From Octopus vulgaris (lineage: Eukaryota): a DNA stretch of 64,000 nucleotides. The DNA lies in NCBI GenBank assembly GCA_951406725.2, contig OX597825.1:70990001-71054000 (forward strand), given 5' to 3'. The notes beneath the pieces were generated by a model, which ran no database searches, had not been told where the DNA came from, and saw only the letters and a program-made list of their open reading frames with translations. The translations under genes and the position numbers were made by a program. The first letter of the stretch is position 1, and each line of letters opens with the position of its first letter. Positions 38,500-51,847 of this stretch are shown here, piece by piece.

Positions 38500-38952
38500 C
38501 TTGTTGTGATGATTTGTGTCTCATTGACCCCTGAGGGTTATACCAGCAGAACTCCATAAGCTCCTGGTACAGCCTCCCATGTTACAGAGGTCAAAGGATA
38601 ATGGCCAGATTAATATGGACCCCCTGTTCTCAGGGGTAAAAATTGGTTTGCAGAGGGCCAACACTCCTACCTAGAAAAAATAAAAAGCAAAGTTACAGAA
38701 GCTTTAATGTCAATTCAAACCCAACAAGATCAGAGAGGTAGGCCTTCACTCAGGGAAACATGTCTGGACTGGAACCCACAAGGGAGGCGGAAGAGAGGAC
38801 ACTCTAAAAATAGATGGAGGTGAGATGCTGGGGCAAATCTGAAAAAGCAAAGTTGAAACTGGAAAGAAGCAGAAAAGACATAAGTGTTGAGAACAGTGGA
38901 GAGAAGTCATTGATGGCCTAAACTTTGTAGAGATTGAAGGGCTTAAATGAAT
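38500..38952 (+). mobile_element. Internally deleted RTE-like non-LTR element
   Basis: 38764-38820 reads LDWNPQGRRKRGHSKNRWR, the RTE C-terminal WxPxGxRxRGRPxxxW motif. Upstream gggccaacactcctacctagaaaaaa resembles RTE 5' UTRs. Confidence 0.6.
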
Positions 38953-40547
38953 GACAGTGAAAGGTAAATCTGACTTCAGTTGGATTTGAGCTCAGGTCAA
39001 GCTTAGTAAATTCACTGTCTTCCACACATACAGGTGTTGGTACCACATAAAAAGCACCTGTGTTGGTGTTGCATTAACGCACTTGTGCTGGTGTTGTATA
39101 AATGCACCTGTACCAGTGACACATAAAGAAGCATCCAACACACTGTTAAGTGGTTGGCGTTAAGAAAGGCATATGGCCATAGATACCATGCCACAACAGA
39201 CAGCTGAAATCTGGACAGCTCCATGTCAAACCATCCAACCCATGCCAACATGGAAAGCAGATGTTAAACGATGGTGATGATGTAAAAAACCAGAAGAAAT
39301 AGTGTAAGACACTTTATCTGACTCCAATGATTTGGTCAATTCAATATTCTAATAATGGTTTGCTTTTTCTTTTTTTTTTTTATTTCGGCACAGGCTCAAT
39401 GATTTTGAGAAAAGTTGGGGGGTTAGTTGATACCATAGACTCCAGCACTTGACTGGACTTGTACTTTATTTTAAAGAATCCAGGCAAGAGGATAAGCAAA
39501 ACTGACCTCAGTAGGATATGAACTCAGAACACAAAGAGCCAAAAGACACTGCAAAGTATTTTTCTGGAATTCTAATGATTCTGCCAGCTCATGGAAACCC
39601 TCCCTCCCTCTCTGTCTCCATCTCTCTCTCTATATCTCTCTCTTGTTCTATCATTCTGTCATTCACTCTCTTTCATTCCCGCTGTCCTTATCTCCCTTAT
39701 ACATACACTGACACACGCACATGCTTGCTGTTTATTTTGTGATTTGTATAAAATCGTATATAATGTAGTTTTTTGTTGATGCAGTTTATTTTTCCCTTTT
39801 CTTTTTCTCTGTATTTTTTTGTTTTTGTCTGTTTTCATTGCTGCTGCTGCTGCTGCTGTTGTTTTTGTATGTAATGTGTTTGTTCTTATTGTCTTCTATT
39901 TTTACCTGGGTGACTGAACTTTCCACTTAGCAGCCATATTAAAAGATCTGCTTCATTGCGTTTTAAATAGAGTTGAATAGAATACTGACATGCACACATA
40001 TTTTTATATGTGAGTATTTTTATAAGCATGTCGTATGTGTGTGTATACTTTCAGATTTATATATGTATATATATACACACACACACATAAAAATATATAT
40101 GTATATATATACACACACACACATAAAAGAATATATGTGTATGTGTTTACATGTATATGTATGCCATTTAAGAGTATCCTTCAGTCATTGGGCAATAAAC
40201 TGTGCTTGCGAAGACCTGTTGAGACAAATGATGTCGTTGTCGTGGCCGATGACAGTACCGCCTGATTGGCATGTAAAAAGCACACTTTGAGTGTGGTCGA
40301 TGCCAGTGCCGCCTGACTGGTCCCATGCCAGTGGCAGGTAAAAAGCACCATTCGAACGTGATGGTTGCCTGTGCTGCTTGACTGGCCCTTGTGCCAGTGG
40401 CATGTAAAAAGCACCCACTACACTCTCAGAATGGTTGGCGATAGGAAGGGCATTCATGAAGGGGGGCGGGGCTTCTCATGTTCATCTCAGCCACATGTGT
40501 ATAATCAGAACAATTCAGCACTGAATATATTCCGGTTTAATTTTTAA

Positions 40548-40736
40548 ATAAAATATAAGGATAAAATCTATATAAGATTTATCAAGTAGCCAGTGTGGAA
40601 AACCAGTTGAGGAAAAAATTAATACAAAGTATTTTTTAGGGAAAAATTTATATACTTTGTATTAATTTTTTCCTCTATTGGTTTTCCATACTGGCTACTT
40701 GATAAATCTTATATAGATTTTATCCTTATATTTTAT
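40548..40736. repeat. 85-bp inverted repeat with 19-nt spacer, ending in (AT)n
   Basis: 40548-40632 vs 40652-40736, about 3 mismatches. Confidence 0.85.
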
Positions 40737-40750
40737 ATATATATATATAT

Positions 40751-41168
40751 TGATAGTAATGGCAAGACAACAAAAGAATGAAAGAGACCTCGATATTATG
40801 TAAATAGAGGAATTTATCTGTAAATATAATATATGACAATTATTCAGTAGCCATGATAAAACTCCGAGTTTCGGATGTCCGGGTGCGCATGTGTATGTAT
40901 GAACATGTGTGCTTATGCAATTACTATGAACATTTTTACTCCCTTACCTTTACTCCCTTTCCCTCACTTAGCGGTCATTCAAATAGCTCTTTTGTCTTAA
41001 TAATGGTCAATCACACAGTAATTTCCCTTTGTTTTAACAGTCATTTTCATAGCATATTTTTCGATGGCCCAATAATTGAAGAGATGCCGGCGTGGGTTTC
41101 CGCCCTGACATCTGAAACTCAGAGTTTTATCATGGCTACCGAATAATTGTCACATATTATATTTACAG

Positions 41169-41170
<2 letters not shown>
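40751..41170. mobile_element. Fold-back mini-element with 70-bp inverted repeats and a hammerhead motif, inserted in (AT)n
   Basis: IR 40816-40885 / 41101-41170. + strand 41072-41130: auaa UUGAAGA gaug...cauc u GAAAC ucaga GUU uuau. Confidence 0.75.
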
Positions 41171-41201
<31 letters not shown>

Positions 41202-41954
41202 GAGGCACGTGGCTTAGTGGTTAGGGTGTCAGCACCATGATTGTAAGATTGTGGTTTTGATTCTTCGATCGGGCGACGCATTGTGTTCTTGAGCAAAACA
41301 CTTCATTTCACGTTGCTCCAGTCCACTCAACTGGCAAAAATGAGTAACACTGCGATGGACTGGCGTCCCGTCCAGCTGGGGAACACATACACCATAGAAA
41401 CCAGGAAACCGGGCCCGTGAACCTGGCTAGGCTTTAAAAAAGGTGCATTTATTTTATATTTTATATATACATGTATATATATATATATATATATCATCAT
41501 CATCGTCGTTTAACGGACGTTAAACGATGATGATGATGATATATATATATATGGAGGTACAGAGTTTGATGTTTTGTGGTGGCTGCTGGCCACTTTTTTC
41601 TATATATAATAGTATTTTTTACCTGATTTTCTAAAGCTGTTTTCACACGCACACACACATACACACACAAACAGTTATTAATGAGGAATTATCAATCCTG
41701 GCAAAAAACATCCAGTCAACATCCATAAGCTTATGGCTGGGTCCGAGGTTCTAGTCTATCACCATTCTATGATATATTGTAAATCCATGGTTGCATTCCC
41801 ATTACATATTATTTCAGTCTTGCAAATTCGACTTACAGCTGTTTCCCATACTCATTGAAGGTTCATTCATTGATCTGTTTACTCAATCAGCCCATTGATC
41901 AGTTGAGAAAAATTGAATGACCGACAAAGATACCATTAGTTTTTTTTAAGGTCA

Positions 41955-42019
41955 TATATTTATATGCACATACATATATATATACACACACATATATATG
42001 CATACATATATACACACAT

Positions 42020-42052
<33 letters not shown>

Positions 42053-42072
42053 CACATATATATCTATATATA

Positions 42073-42112
<40 letters not shown>

Positions 42113-42245
42113 TATATATATATACACATATATATATCTATATATATATACATCTATATATATATATATATATATACACATATATATATATCTATCTACG
42201 TATATATATAACACACACACATTATATATATATGTATATATATAT
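41955..42245. repeat. (TA)n/(CA)n compound microsatellite
   Basis: Direct inspection. Confidence 0.95.
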
Positions 42246-43150
42246 CACAATGAATGACATTCCATCTGGTTGCTGTTGATCTCATTGCTCTGCTTTTGTT
42301 TATTGTGGCATGGTACCAAACCTAATTCTATTGCTATTGCCGTATCATTTAAAAGCATTGATTTTTCCCTGCTTCCCTATCTTTGTACTTCTGTGAATTA
42401 GTAATGCATCCCTGATCACAGAATTGCTTTTATGAATTGAGGTGAGTGGTAGTGTTGTTGTTGTTGGTGGTGGTGTTGGTGCTGATGTTGTTGTAGTACT
42501 CTGTACACCTGGCCGTTAGTATTTAGAGTTGTTTTTAGGCTTTATCAGTTGTTCCTCTGTGTGTGTGTGTTTCTGAGAGAGAGCGAGCGTGTATGTGTGC
42601 GTGAGCTTGAGAGCACGCACATATATATATATGAATGTATGATGTGTGTATATATTAGAATGATTTGTATATATGTGTGTTTGTGTGTATATATTGGAAT
42701 AGTTTGGGTGAAGCATTGTGTGATATTATATTAGATAATAAAGATTTGTTAAGGCTGAAACAATGCAAAATGAATTATAAAAGTGGAAAAAGGACAACAG
42801 GTGATGGTTTACCTTATATTCTCTATTTTTATTGATGTTTCAAGTTTAGGACTTCTCCAGCAGGATACATGGAGAGATGGGAGATGGAATAACACAATTC
42901 TCATTGCTTAAATGTGTGGGAGAGAGTAGTGGCCTGCACGGACTGGTGTTGTTATTGTAGCCAGTTATTTTGTGTAGTTTTTGTGTATTGTATAATGCGG
43001 GTTTCAGCTTATTAATTTGGATAGAAAAACAAGGATCAAAGGACTTTCCCTAGTCTTAGGCTCATAAGGCCTGTTTCCCAAATTTTGTGGCATATATATT
43101 CCCTCCCTGGACTGGACACCACTCCATTCTTTGTTTTTGATGTTGCCAAC

Positions 43151-44001
43151 CACACAGTATAGTAGGGTCAGTAGGGCACTGTCTGTGAGAAAAACAGCAT
43201 CATGATGCAATTCACTCTGTCAGGAATTTGGAAACAACATGCTATACTGCTTGGCATTCATGCTGGAAGCTTCAATACAAACATTTCAGAGTATTTGGAT
43301 GTCAATCTGAGGTTATGTACCGAGAGTAATAAAACATCCAGTCAACATCATTCTGTTTGAAGTGATCACTAGTGATGGCGACATTATGCCTCCGTTCATC
43401 TTCCTACACAGCCTCACACTCGACACAGAGGCCTACATCAAGTACCTGGAGGAAGTAGTTCTGCACTGGGTCAAGAGGGTGGCTGCTAGAAGACCCTATG
43501 TCTGGCAACAGGGCTCTGCACCATGCCACACAAGCAGGAAAACCCAGTCATGGCTGTCAGACAATTTCTGCGACCACATCACCCACTAACATTTGGCCAC
43601 CTAACTCCTCAGACTGCAACCCTCTTGATTATTATGTGTGAGGTGCAGTTGAGTGAGACTCCTAAAAAACTCCTTGTAACACCAAAGATGAACTGAAGGC
43701 AAGGATTATGGCAGCATTCACCAACTTAAACAAAGGGACTGTCCAGAAGGGTTGCAGGAGATTCTGAAGTTGTCTGGAGACTGTGGTTGAAGCCAATGGT
43801 GATTTTATTGAATAAATCTACTCTTTAATATTTTAAGATATTTTAATGTAATTTTGGTAAATATATCTGTTAAAATGAGATGTCAGTGTTATTTTTGTTT
43901 TTGCATAATTTAGACAACAGTTTATTCCTGACAGAGTGAATTGCATCATAATGCTGTTTTTTCTCACAGACCGTGCCCTACTGACCCTACTATACTGTGT
44001 G
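43151..44001 (+). mobile_element. Decayed DD37D (maT-type) Tc1/mariner transposon bounded by about 78-bp inverted repeats
   Basis: ORF remnant SDGDIMPPFIF...PYVWQQGSAPCHTSRKTQSWLSDNF continues after a 1-nt frameshift as IWPPNSSDCNPLDYYV. There are 37 residues between the second (mutated) and third catalytic positions. IR 43151-43227 / 43924-44001. Confidence 0.88.
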
Positions 44002-44631
44002 TGCGTGTGTGTATATAAATATGTATATCTATCTATCTATCTATCCATCGGTGTGTCTGTCTGTATGTATGTATGTATGTATTTATGTATGTATGTATAA
44101 ATATCAAAAGAATCAAAGATCCTTCTCAAGCCATAGGCTCATAAGGTCAGTTTCCCATATTTTGTGGCTTATATATTCCCCAACCCAAGGACAGAACACC
44201 AGTCTTTCGCAGAATTATTCAGTTTTGCCTGCTAAGTGGACTGGAGCAACCTGAAATAGAGGGTTTTGCCCAAGAGTACAATGCATCACCTAGTCCAGGA
44301 ATTGAGACCACAATCTTATGATCAGGAGTATGACACACAAACCAATAAGCCATATGTCTTCTCTCTCTCATGCACACACACTCACAGTCACAGAACAGTA
44401 TTAACAAATGTACTTGAAATACAAAGTATGAGCACCAATTAAAAATTAAGTCATTACTTCTAGTTTCAGGTTACCTCTTTCCGATATGAGATAAGGATAT
44501 TATAAACTTTATACACAAGTTTGTGTAATTATAGAGTTTGAAGCTTACAAATACTTGAGATTGTAAGATTCAGAATTCATGTAATGTAAAATATTTCAAA
44601 TGTGACAGTTGACAAGGTAACTATCTAGATA

Positions 44632-45040
44632 CAGGAGCAGGTGTGGCTGTGTGGTAAGAAGCTTGCTTCCCAACCACATGGTTGCAGGTTCAGTCCCACT
44701 GCATAGCACCTTGGGCAAGTGTCTTCTGTTATAACCGCAGGCCAGCCAAAGCCTTGTGAGTGGATTTGGTAGACGGAAGCTGAAAGAAGCCCGTCATATA
44801 TGTGTATGTGTATATGTTTGTGTGTCTGTGTTTGTCCCCCCCACATTATCTCTTGACGACCGATATTGGTGTGTCTATCTGTAACTTAGTGGTTCACCTT
44901 AAGAGACTGATAGAATAAGCACAAGCCTTATGAAGAATAGGTCTCGGGGTCAACTTCTTCGACTGTAAAACCCTTTAAGGTGGTGCTCTAGCATGACCGC
45001 AGTAAAATAACTGAAACAAGTAAAAGAATAAAAGAATATG
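44632..45040 (+). mobile_element. Family-B SINE, full length, sense orientation
   Basis: Head gtggctgtgtggtaag...ggttcagtccc, CORE-like gcaccttgggcaagt, tail gactgaaacaagtaaaagaataaaag. Confidence 0.9.
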
Positions 45041-46095
45041 TAAGAGAGAGAGAGAGAGAGAGAGAGAAAGGATAGAGGAAAGAAGTATGATGATGACATC
45101 TTGAAATTATAACTGCTGGTGGGGTTTTTTTTGGGGGGGGGTGAATGAAAGAATGGTGTCATTGAACTTAGCAGACTTTCTCTGACTAGTGAGCTTGATG
45201 CTGTTAATTTTCCATTGAAACTGGTGCAGATCAATAGCTGCAGGGAAGAGATTCCAGAGTCAGATGATGATTCAGGAGAGAAAAGACTCTTGATTTTTAA
45301 GATAAGCTCACCAAATCCTTGCATCATGGAGGATTCAGCTAAAAGGGTGGGTGTCAAGGCCATCCATCCCTAAAATACTATCTTAATAAATCCCAAACAA
45401 CCCATGCCAACATGGAGAATCAGATATAAATACAATGATGATGGTGAAAATAATGACATACAGTCTTTCAGGTGGTGTGAGTTCAAATCACACTCTTACC
45501 AGTAGGCTGATTTTTTTGTTTTTTAAGGCTGTCCTCCAGCGTAGCCACAGTCCAGTAACTGAAGTTAGTAAAGGAATATTTATTGAGTAGATATGTGTGT
45601 GTTGGTACAAGCTTGATTGCTGTTGAGAAATCAATGCTGATTACTGTATTGATCTTATTTAATCAGTATCAACAGGTTGGACAGATTAATAATTTCTTTT
45701 TGATTTCTTTGTAATATGTTAATAGCAGTGTGGTTTAACTCTCATCCTGCTGACACGACACTCATGAGTTCAAACCCAGTTGTTTCTAGTGAAGCATTTG
45801 TCAAAATGAACAAGACCCAGCCTCTTCATGATTACTTAAGCTAAATTTCTTCAAATCATAATCAAACATCTTTAAAAAAAATAGAAAAAAAACAAAAAAT
45901 ATTTAATCATCATTGTTTTTCAACATCCATTTGTCCATGTTTGTATGGGTCGGGTGGAATTTATTGAGGTAGATTTTCTACGTCTGGATGCCCTTCCTAT
46001 CACTAGCCCTCTAAATGATTAGGTACACTAGGTCGGTGCTGTAACGGATTACTAGCGCTCCAAGGTTATAACCAAGATGGTAGTTATGAAGCCAT

Positions 46096-46315
46096 GGCAG
46101 AAATGTTAGCACGCCAGGCGAAATGCCAAGCGGTATTTCGTCTGCCCCTACATTCTGAGTTCAAATTCCACCGAGGTCGACTTTGCTTTTCATCCTTTCG
46201 GGGTCGATAAATTAAGTACCAGTTATGCACTGGGGTCGATCTAATTGACTTAATCCATTTGTCTGTCCTTGTTTGTCCTCTCTGTGTTTAGCCCCTTGTG
46301 GGTAGTAAAGAAATA
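46096..46315 (+). mobile_element. Family-A SINE
   Basis: Perfect 17-bp TSD ggtagttatgaagccat at 46079-46095 and 46316-46332. Confidence 0.93.
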
Positions 46316-46332
46316 GGTAGTTATGAAGCCAT

Positions 46333-46583
46333 TGTAGATTTCCGATATAGCGGATATATAATTGTTAAACAGGACAACAAACATTAAGGCAAGACAAACA
46401 TCTCGGGTCATATTATTACTGGAAAAAATTCAGTCTTACAGCTGTTTCTGGGACATCCTTGAGTATGGTATATTCTGTCTTTACTCCCTTCCTGTATATT
46501 GTCATTCCATTAATATATACCCTACTCATTTTCCCTATTTGTCTCTGAAGATGGAATATCCCATACCCTTGGATATCCCAAGA
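46333..46583. mobile_element. Inverted mini-element with a hammerhead split between strands
   Basis: + strand 46541-46580: gucu CUGAAGA uggaauaucc-loop-ggauauccca. - strand 46458-46433: ggauguccca GAAAC agcu GUA agac. Confidence 0.7.
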
Positions 46584-46601
46584 GTATATATATATATATA
46601 G

Positions 46602-46800
46602 TCAATCCAAATAAGAAAGCACAAAAAAACACAACATCGCGAGGACGTGGGACAAATATAGTATTATTGGATGTTCAGGAAAGAAGGAGGGTTTAACGTT
46701 TCGAGCGGAGCTCTTCGTCGGAAACATAGGAGAAGGAAAGATCCAGAGAAGGGAAGACAGAGGAAAAAAAATCACCAACAGTACACACGAGGTCACATTT
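46602..46800 (-). mobile_element. About 200-bp mini-element in (AT)n carrying a hammerhead-like motif (46691-46725)
   Basis: - strand: guuu CCGACGA a GAGC ucc GCUC GAAAC GUU aaac. Perfect stems I and II; palindromic AACGUU stem III. Confidence 0.75.
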
Positions 46801-47220
46801 TGATATATATATTCGATGGGCTCCTTTTCAGCTTCTATCTCCCAAATCCACTCACAAGGCTTTTTATTGGCCTGAGGCTATAAGCAGAAGATACTTGCCC
46901 AAGGTGCCACACAGTGGGACTGAACCCAGAACGATGTAATTGGGAAACAAGTGGCTTACCATAAGAACCACGCCTGCACCTACAACTATTGTTAAAAAGA
47001 AAAAAGCTACTTGGCCAGGGTGCCAAACAGTGGGCTTGAACTTGGCTCCTCATGACTGCAAACCAAACTTCTTAACTGTTTGGCTAGAAAACACCTGACT
47101 TAACAATTTCTCTAGAAAGTGAACCTGTGAAGGCATCTCTGTGTAATTACATCTGCCAGAAATAGTAACCAAATCTCTCGCATACATTGAAACTATTATT
47201 ATTGTTATTATTGTTATTGT

Positions 47221-47253
<33 letters not shown>

Positions 47254-49232
47254 TATTATTACTATTATTATTATTATTATTAAGGTGCGGGGAATATTAA
47301 AATCTACGTAAAATCTAGTTAAAAGAAAGGAAAAGTAGAAAAGCACAAATTCTGTTACAAGATATAAAATTACTTAACATCCATTGTTTGTTTAAAAAAA
47401 AAACACAACTGTTTTAATAATCAAAATTGTAAGCTATAGCAGTTGTAGAAGTGATGGCGGTGGCAGAGTGATATGGGTAGTGGTGGTGGCGGCAGGAATT
47501 GTAGTTTTTTCTCGCTTAAATACAAGGCCAGTTCTTTTCAGGCGAGTGGTTAGTTGGATTACATAGAGCCCACCGTTCCACATTTAACTAGTACTTTATT
47601 TTAGTAACTCTGAAAGGATAGAAGGGAGGAAGGAAGGAAGGAAGGCAAAGTTGACCTTGGCAGGACTTGAACTCAGAACATAAAGAGTCGGTACAAATTT
47701 CTGCTGGGCATTTCATCCAACACTTTTACATTCCTGCCTGTTGACCTGACGAAAAAAATTTGTGCCACATTGGATAATAACAAGGCGTGTGATTAACTGT
47801 ACAACATCTTTGAACTATAATTAGACCCTGGTGTATTTTCAATTAGTGTACAGGATAAATAAATACTTTATTAATTAAAAAACATACGGCAACAACAACA
47901 GTAACGAATGTTTGCAGTAACAATCTCTGTTCTTATATGCTTTGATTATTTTGTTGACATCATCCATATGTTGTTTATAATTTCATTATCTTAAGAGTGA
48001 TTATACTTCAGAAAACATGTTAGTATTTAGGTTGATGAGAAACTTTTGCTTGGTCGCTCAACATGTTAATAAATGCAGCTTAAACTCTTTCAGAAAACAT
48101 TTTCATTATCATTTTAATGTCTACTTCTCCATGCTTGCATGGGTCAGATGGAGTTTACTGAAGCAAATTTTTTATAACTGAGTGCTCTTCCGGTTGCCAA
48201 CTTTCACCTGTTTCTAAGCAAGGAAATTATTTCCCTATGAACTGACATTTTCTTGCAGAACTTTGGAAATGAACGACACAGTTTGTGTGACAGTGATGCT
48301 GGTGCTACATAAAAAGCACTGGTGATGGTGCCATGTAAAAAGCACCCAGTACACTCTGTACAGAAGTTGGCTTTAGGAAGGGTATCAAGCTGTTCAAACC
48401 ATGCCAAAACCTGGTGCGGCCCTTGGTCCTGTCAGTTCCTGTCCAGCTGTCCAACTCATGCCAGCATGGAAAACAGGCATTAGATGATGATGTTGATGAT
48501 GATATGTCAAGGCAACAAAACACAAGCGTGCACACACATGCACACACAACAGGCTTTTTTTCACTTTCCATCTACCAAACCTACTCACATGGCTTTGATC
48601 CAGCCTGGGACTATAGTAGAATACATTTGCCCGAGGTACTGTGCAGTGGGACTGAACCCAAAGCCCTATGGTTGGGAAGCAAACTTCTCTACCACACAGC
48701 CACAACCAGGAAAAGGACACATTACATTCTGTTGTCCTTCATACTTCTAAAACAACAATGTCTGATGATTATGGGTCTAATTGATCTGGGTTCACTGACT
48801 TAGGGTTAAAGAAACAACAACCACAGCTTATGTAACTGGACTGGTTGTTGAGTAAGATCAATAAAATTTCTCACCTTTGTTGCATTCCTTTAATATTCCA
48901 GTTTTAGAGGCCTCTGATCAAAAGTGAATTGCCATCTGTGTAGGTGGGCAAAATATTTAATACTACATTGCTTCAAAATACCTAGCTGCTATCAAGAATA
49001 GGTTCCACCAAATCATCTGGGAATGTTACCTGGTATCCTGGCAAAAGTAGGAATTTATCATGGTCAGAATGCTTTTCATTGTAAATCAACTTGATCAAGG
49101 GCTGCCCTCGTTGTGAATGGCAATGAGTCTAAGCACCAACACTAAGGTTTTGGGGTGCATTTTATTATATCAGATCTGTGATTTTGTATATAATATTACT
49201 TTTTCATATCATTTCATGAATTTATTTTTCAG

Positions 49233-49316
49233 AAGAGGATTTCATAATGCAGACAGCTTCAACAATGCAGAAACTTAAAGAGCTGGAGCCAATAATTAGC
49301 AGTGAACATGTAAAAG
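49233..49316 (+). CDS. DCTN3: DCTN3 coding exon 4 (84 nt): (E)EDFIMQTASTMQKLKELEPIISSEHVK
   Basis: Acceptor tttatttttcag|, donor G|gttggt, phase 1-1. Aligns to human [28 protein letters not shown]. Exons 5+ were not found in the window. Confidence 0.92.
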
Positions 49317-50404
49317 GTTGGTGAATATTCTTCTACTCCTGAATAGTAAAACAATGTATCAGAAATGTTTATTGTTTGTTTTGTTTTATATTTAATAAGG
49401 TGAGTTGTGAGGTATCAAATTTAAATGTTGCTGCCCAAGACCCAATGTAATGCCCCCAATAGATTTACCCATTGAAATACCTACAATAGATTTGAACTTA
49501 TGACTTTACCACTCGTATAGTTCAGTAACTGTTTTAACTAAATAATTTTGTAAGTGCGGTCATTGCCAGTGCCGCTAGACTGGCTCCTGTGCAGGTGGCA
49601 CATAAAAAACACCATTTGAGCGTGACCGTTGCCAGTACCACCTGCCTGGCCCTCGTGCCGGTGGCACATAAAAGCACCCGCTACACTCTCAGAATGGTTG
49701 GCATTAGGAAGGGCATCCAGCTGTTGAAACTCTGCCAGATCAGATTGGAGCCTGGTGCAGCCATCTGGTTCGTCAGTCAAACCGTCCAACCCATGCCAGC
49801 ATGGAAAACGGACGTTAAACAATGAACATATAACAAAATGATGATTGATGTGTGTCTGTGTTATAGACTGCAGGCAAAATATTGCTTTACAAAAGAATTG
49901 TATTTATAGAAACTAATTTTAGCAATATAAAAAATAAATTTTAAATTATATTTAATTAAATTTTACATTGTTCAAATTTTCAGTGGTTATTAATAGTGCC
50001 ACACAAAGATTGGTGAATAGTGTTGGCTACACTTTCACTTGAAGAATAAGTCAACAAGAACAACTTATGACTTACCTAGAAAGCATTTGGATGTATAACG
50101 ATGATGCTGCTGATGATGATGATTGAATTTATACCTTTTACACCCATTCAGCTATGGGTTAGATATTTTACATCCATACAGCTATGGGTTAGATATGTTG
50201 TCATGATCCAATTCTTTTACCCTCCTTGATAGCTTTGAGGGTCACATTTCACTTGTATGTTCCATATTTGCTTGGCTTTTATGGTTGGATGCCCTTCCTA
50301 ACACCAATCATTGTACAGAGTGTGGTGGCTATATTTTATGAGTTTATCATGGCACCGGCACTAAAGAGGTTGTCTTAACCTCTGCAAAATTAAAGAGTAT
50401 AATA

Positions 50405-50681
50405 TTCTTTTATTCTTTTACTTGTTTCAGTCATTTTGACTGCGGTCATGCTGGAGAATTGCTTTAAAGGGCTTGTAGTTGAAGCAATTAACTCCAGGAC
50501 TTATTCTTTGTAAGCCTGTTACTTATTCTGTCAGTCACTTTTGCTGAACTGCTAAGTTACTGGAACGTAGACAGACCATCAGCTGTCAAGTGATGGTGGT
50601 GGGTGGACAAATACAGACACAAAGACATGCACACATAAATATATACATACATATATACATATGTGTGTGTGAGTTAGTGTG

Positions 50682-50739
<58 letters not shown>

Positions 50740-51130
50740 GGGTACAGCAGAAGTAACCCATTTTGCATTTAATAACTTTTATAGTATATAAATGTTTAAG
50801 TAGTTGTTGAATACAAATTTATTGCATTACTTAAAGAAACAAATAATAAACTAATGAAAAAATTTCAGAAGTTTTAGGAAATTTATTAAGTATTCTTTCA
50901 TCAAAACAGTATGATTCATACACTAAAAAGTCATTATTTCTGCCACACCTTGTATATATATATATATAATGGGCTTCTTTCAGTTTTTGTCTGCCAAATC
51001 CACTTACAAGGCTTTGGTTTACCTGGGGCTATAGTAGAAGACCTTTGCCGAAGATACCACACAGAGGGACTGAACCCAGAAACATGCGGTTGAGAAGCAA
51101 GCTTCTTACCACACAGCCATGCCTGCACCT
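50405..51130 (-). mobile_element. Family-B SINE interrupted by a mariner-type MITE (50738-50952)
   Basis: MITE TIRs CAGGGTACAGCAGAAGTAA / TTATTTCTGCCACACCTTG sit in the SINE's internal microsatellite. Confidence 0.75.
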
Positions 51131-51847
51131 ATTGTTAATGTTGAGATCAAATGTGTTCTGTGATTGATAATATGCTATACATCCTGCATACAGAAAATTA
51201 TACAGTGAATCTTGATTTTTCAAGTTCAGTCTGGTAACACTTAAAGTTACCAATAGTTTTGTCTCCCTTTAACAATCAAGTAATTATTGGTATTTAGCCC
51301 CTAATAAAGCGCTGATTAAGCAAACATTTTTGGAAGTGCAAAGCCACTGGATGATTTGTTTGCAGGAAACCTCAACAAAACATAATTGTTTTAGTTTAAT
51401 GCTTTCATACAAGGATGCTTAATGTAAATATACACACAAAAAAGCATTCCGCATACATGTGCTCACTCATATGTACACTCACACACACATACATATGTGT
51501 GTGTGGGTGCTGGTGCCACATGAAAAGTACCCAGTACACTCTGTAGAGTGGTTGGCATTAGAAAGGGCATCCAATCATAGAAACCCAGCTGAAACAGACC
51601 GTGGAACCTTGTGTGGCCACTGCCCTTACCAGTCCCTGTCAAGCTGTCCAACCATGCCAGCATGGCAAACAGACATTAGATGATGAGGATGATGAAGATA
51701 TTTCCAGCCTTGACCATCTTTCTTGATTTTTGTTTCTTTTTCTCAGCTGAGAGTACCTCAGACTACATTATCCAATGTGTTGGATGTAATTTGAGGGAAA
51801 TTTGGCTGCTATATTTAGCTTATTAAATGCTCACATACAGGTCAATA

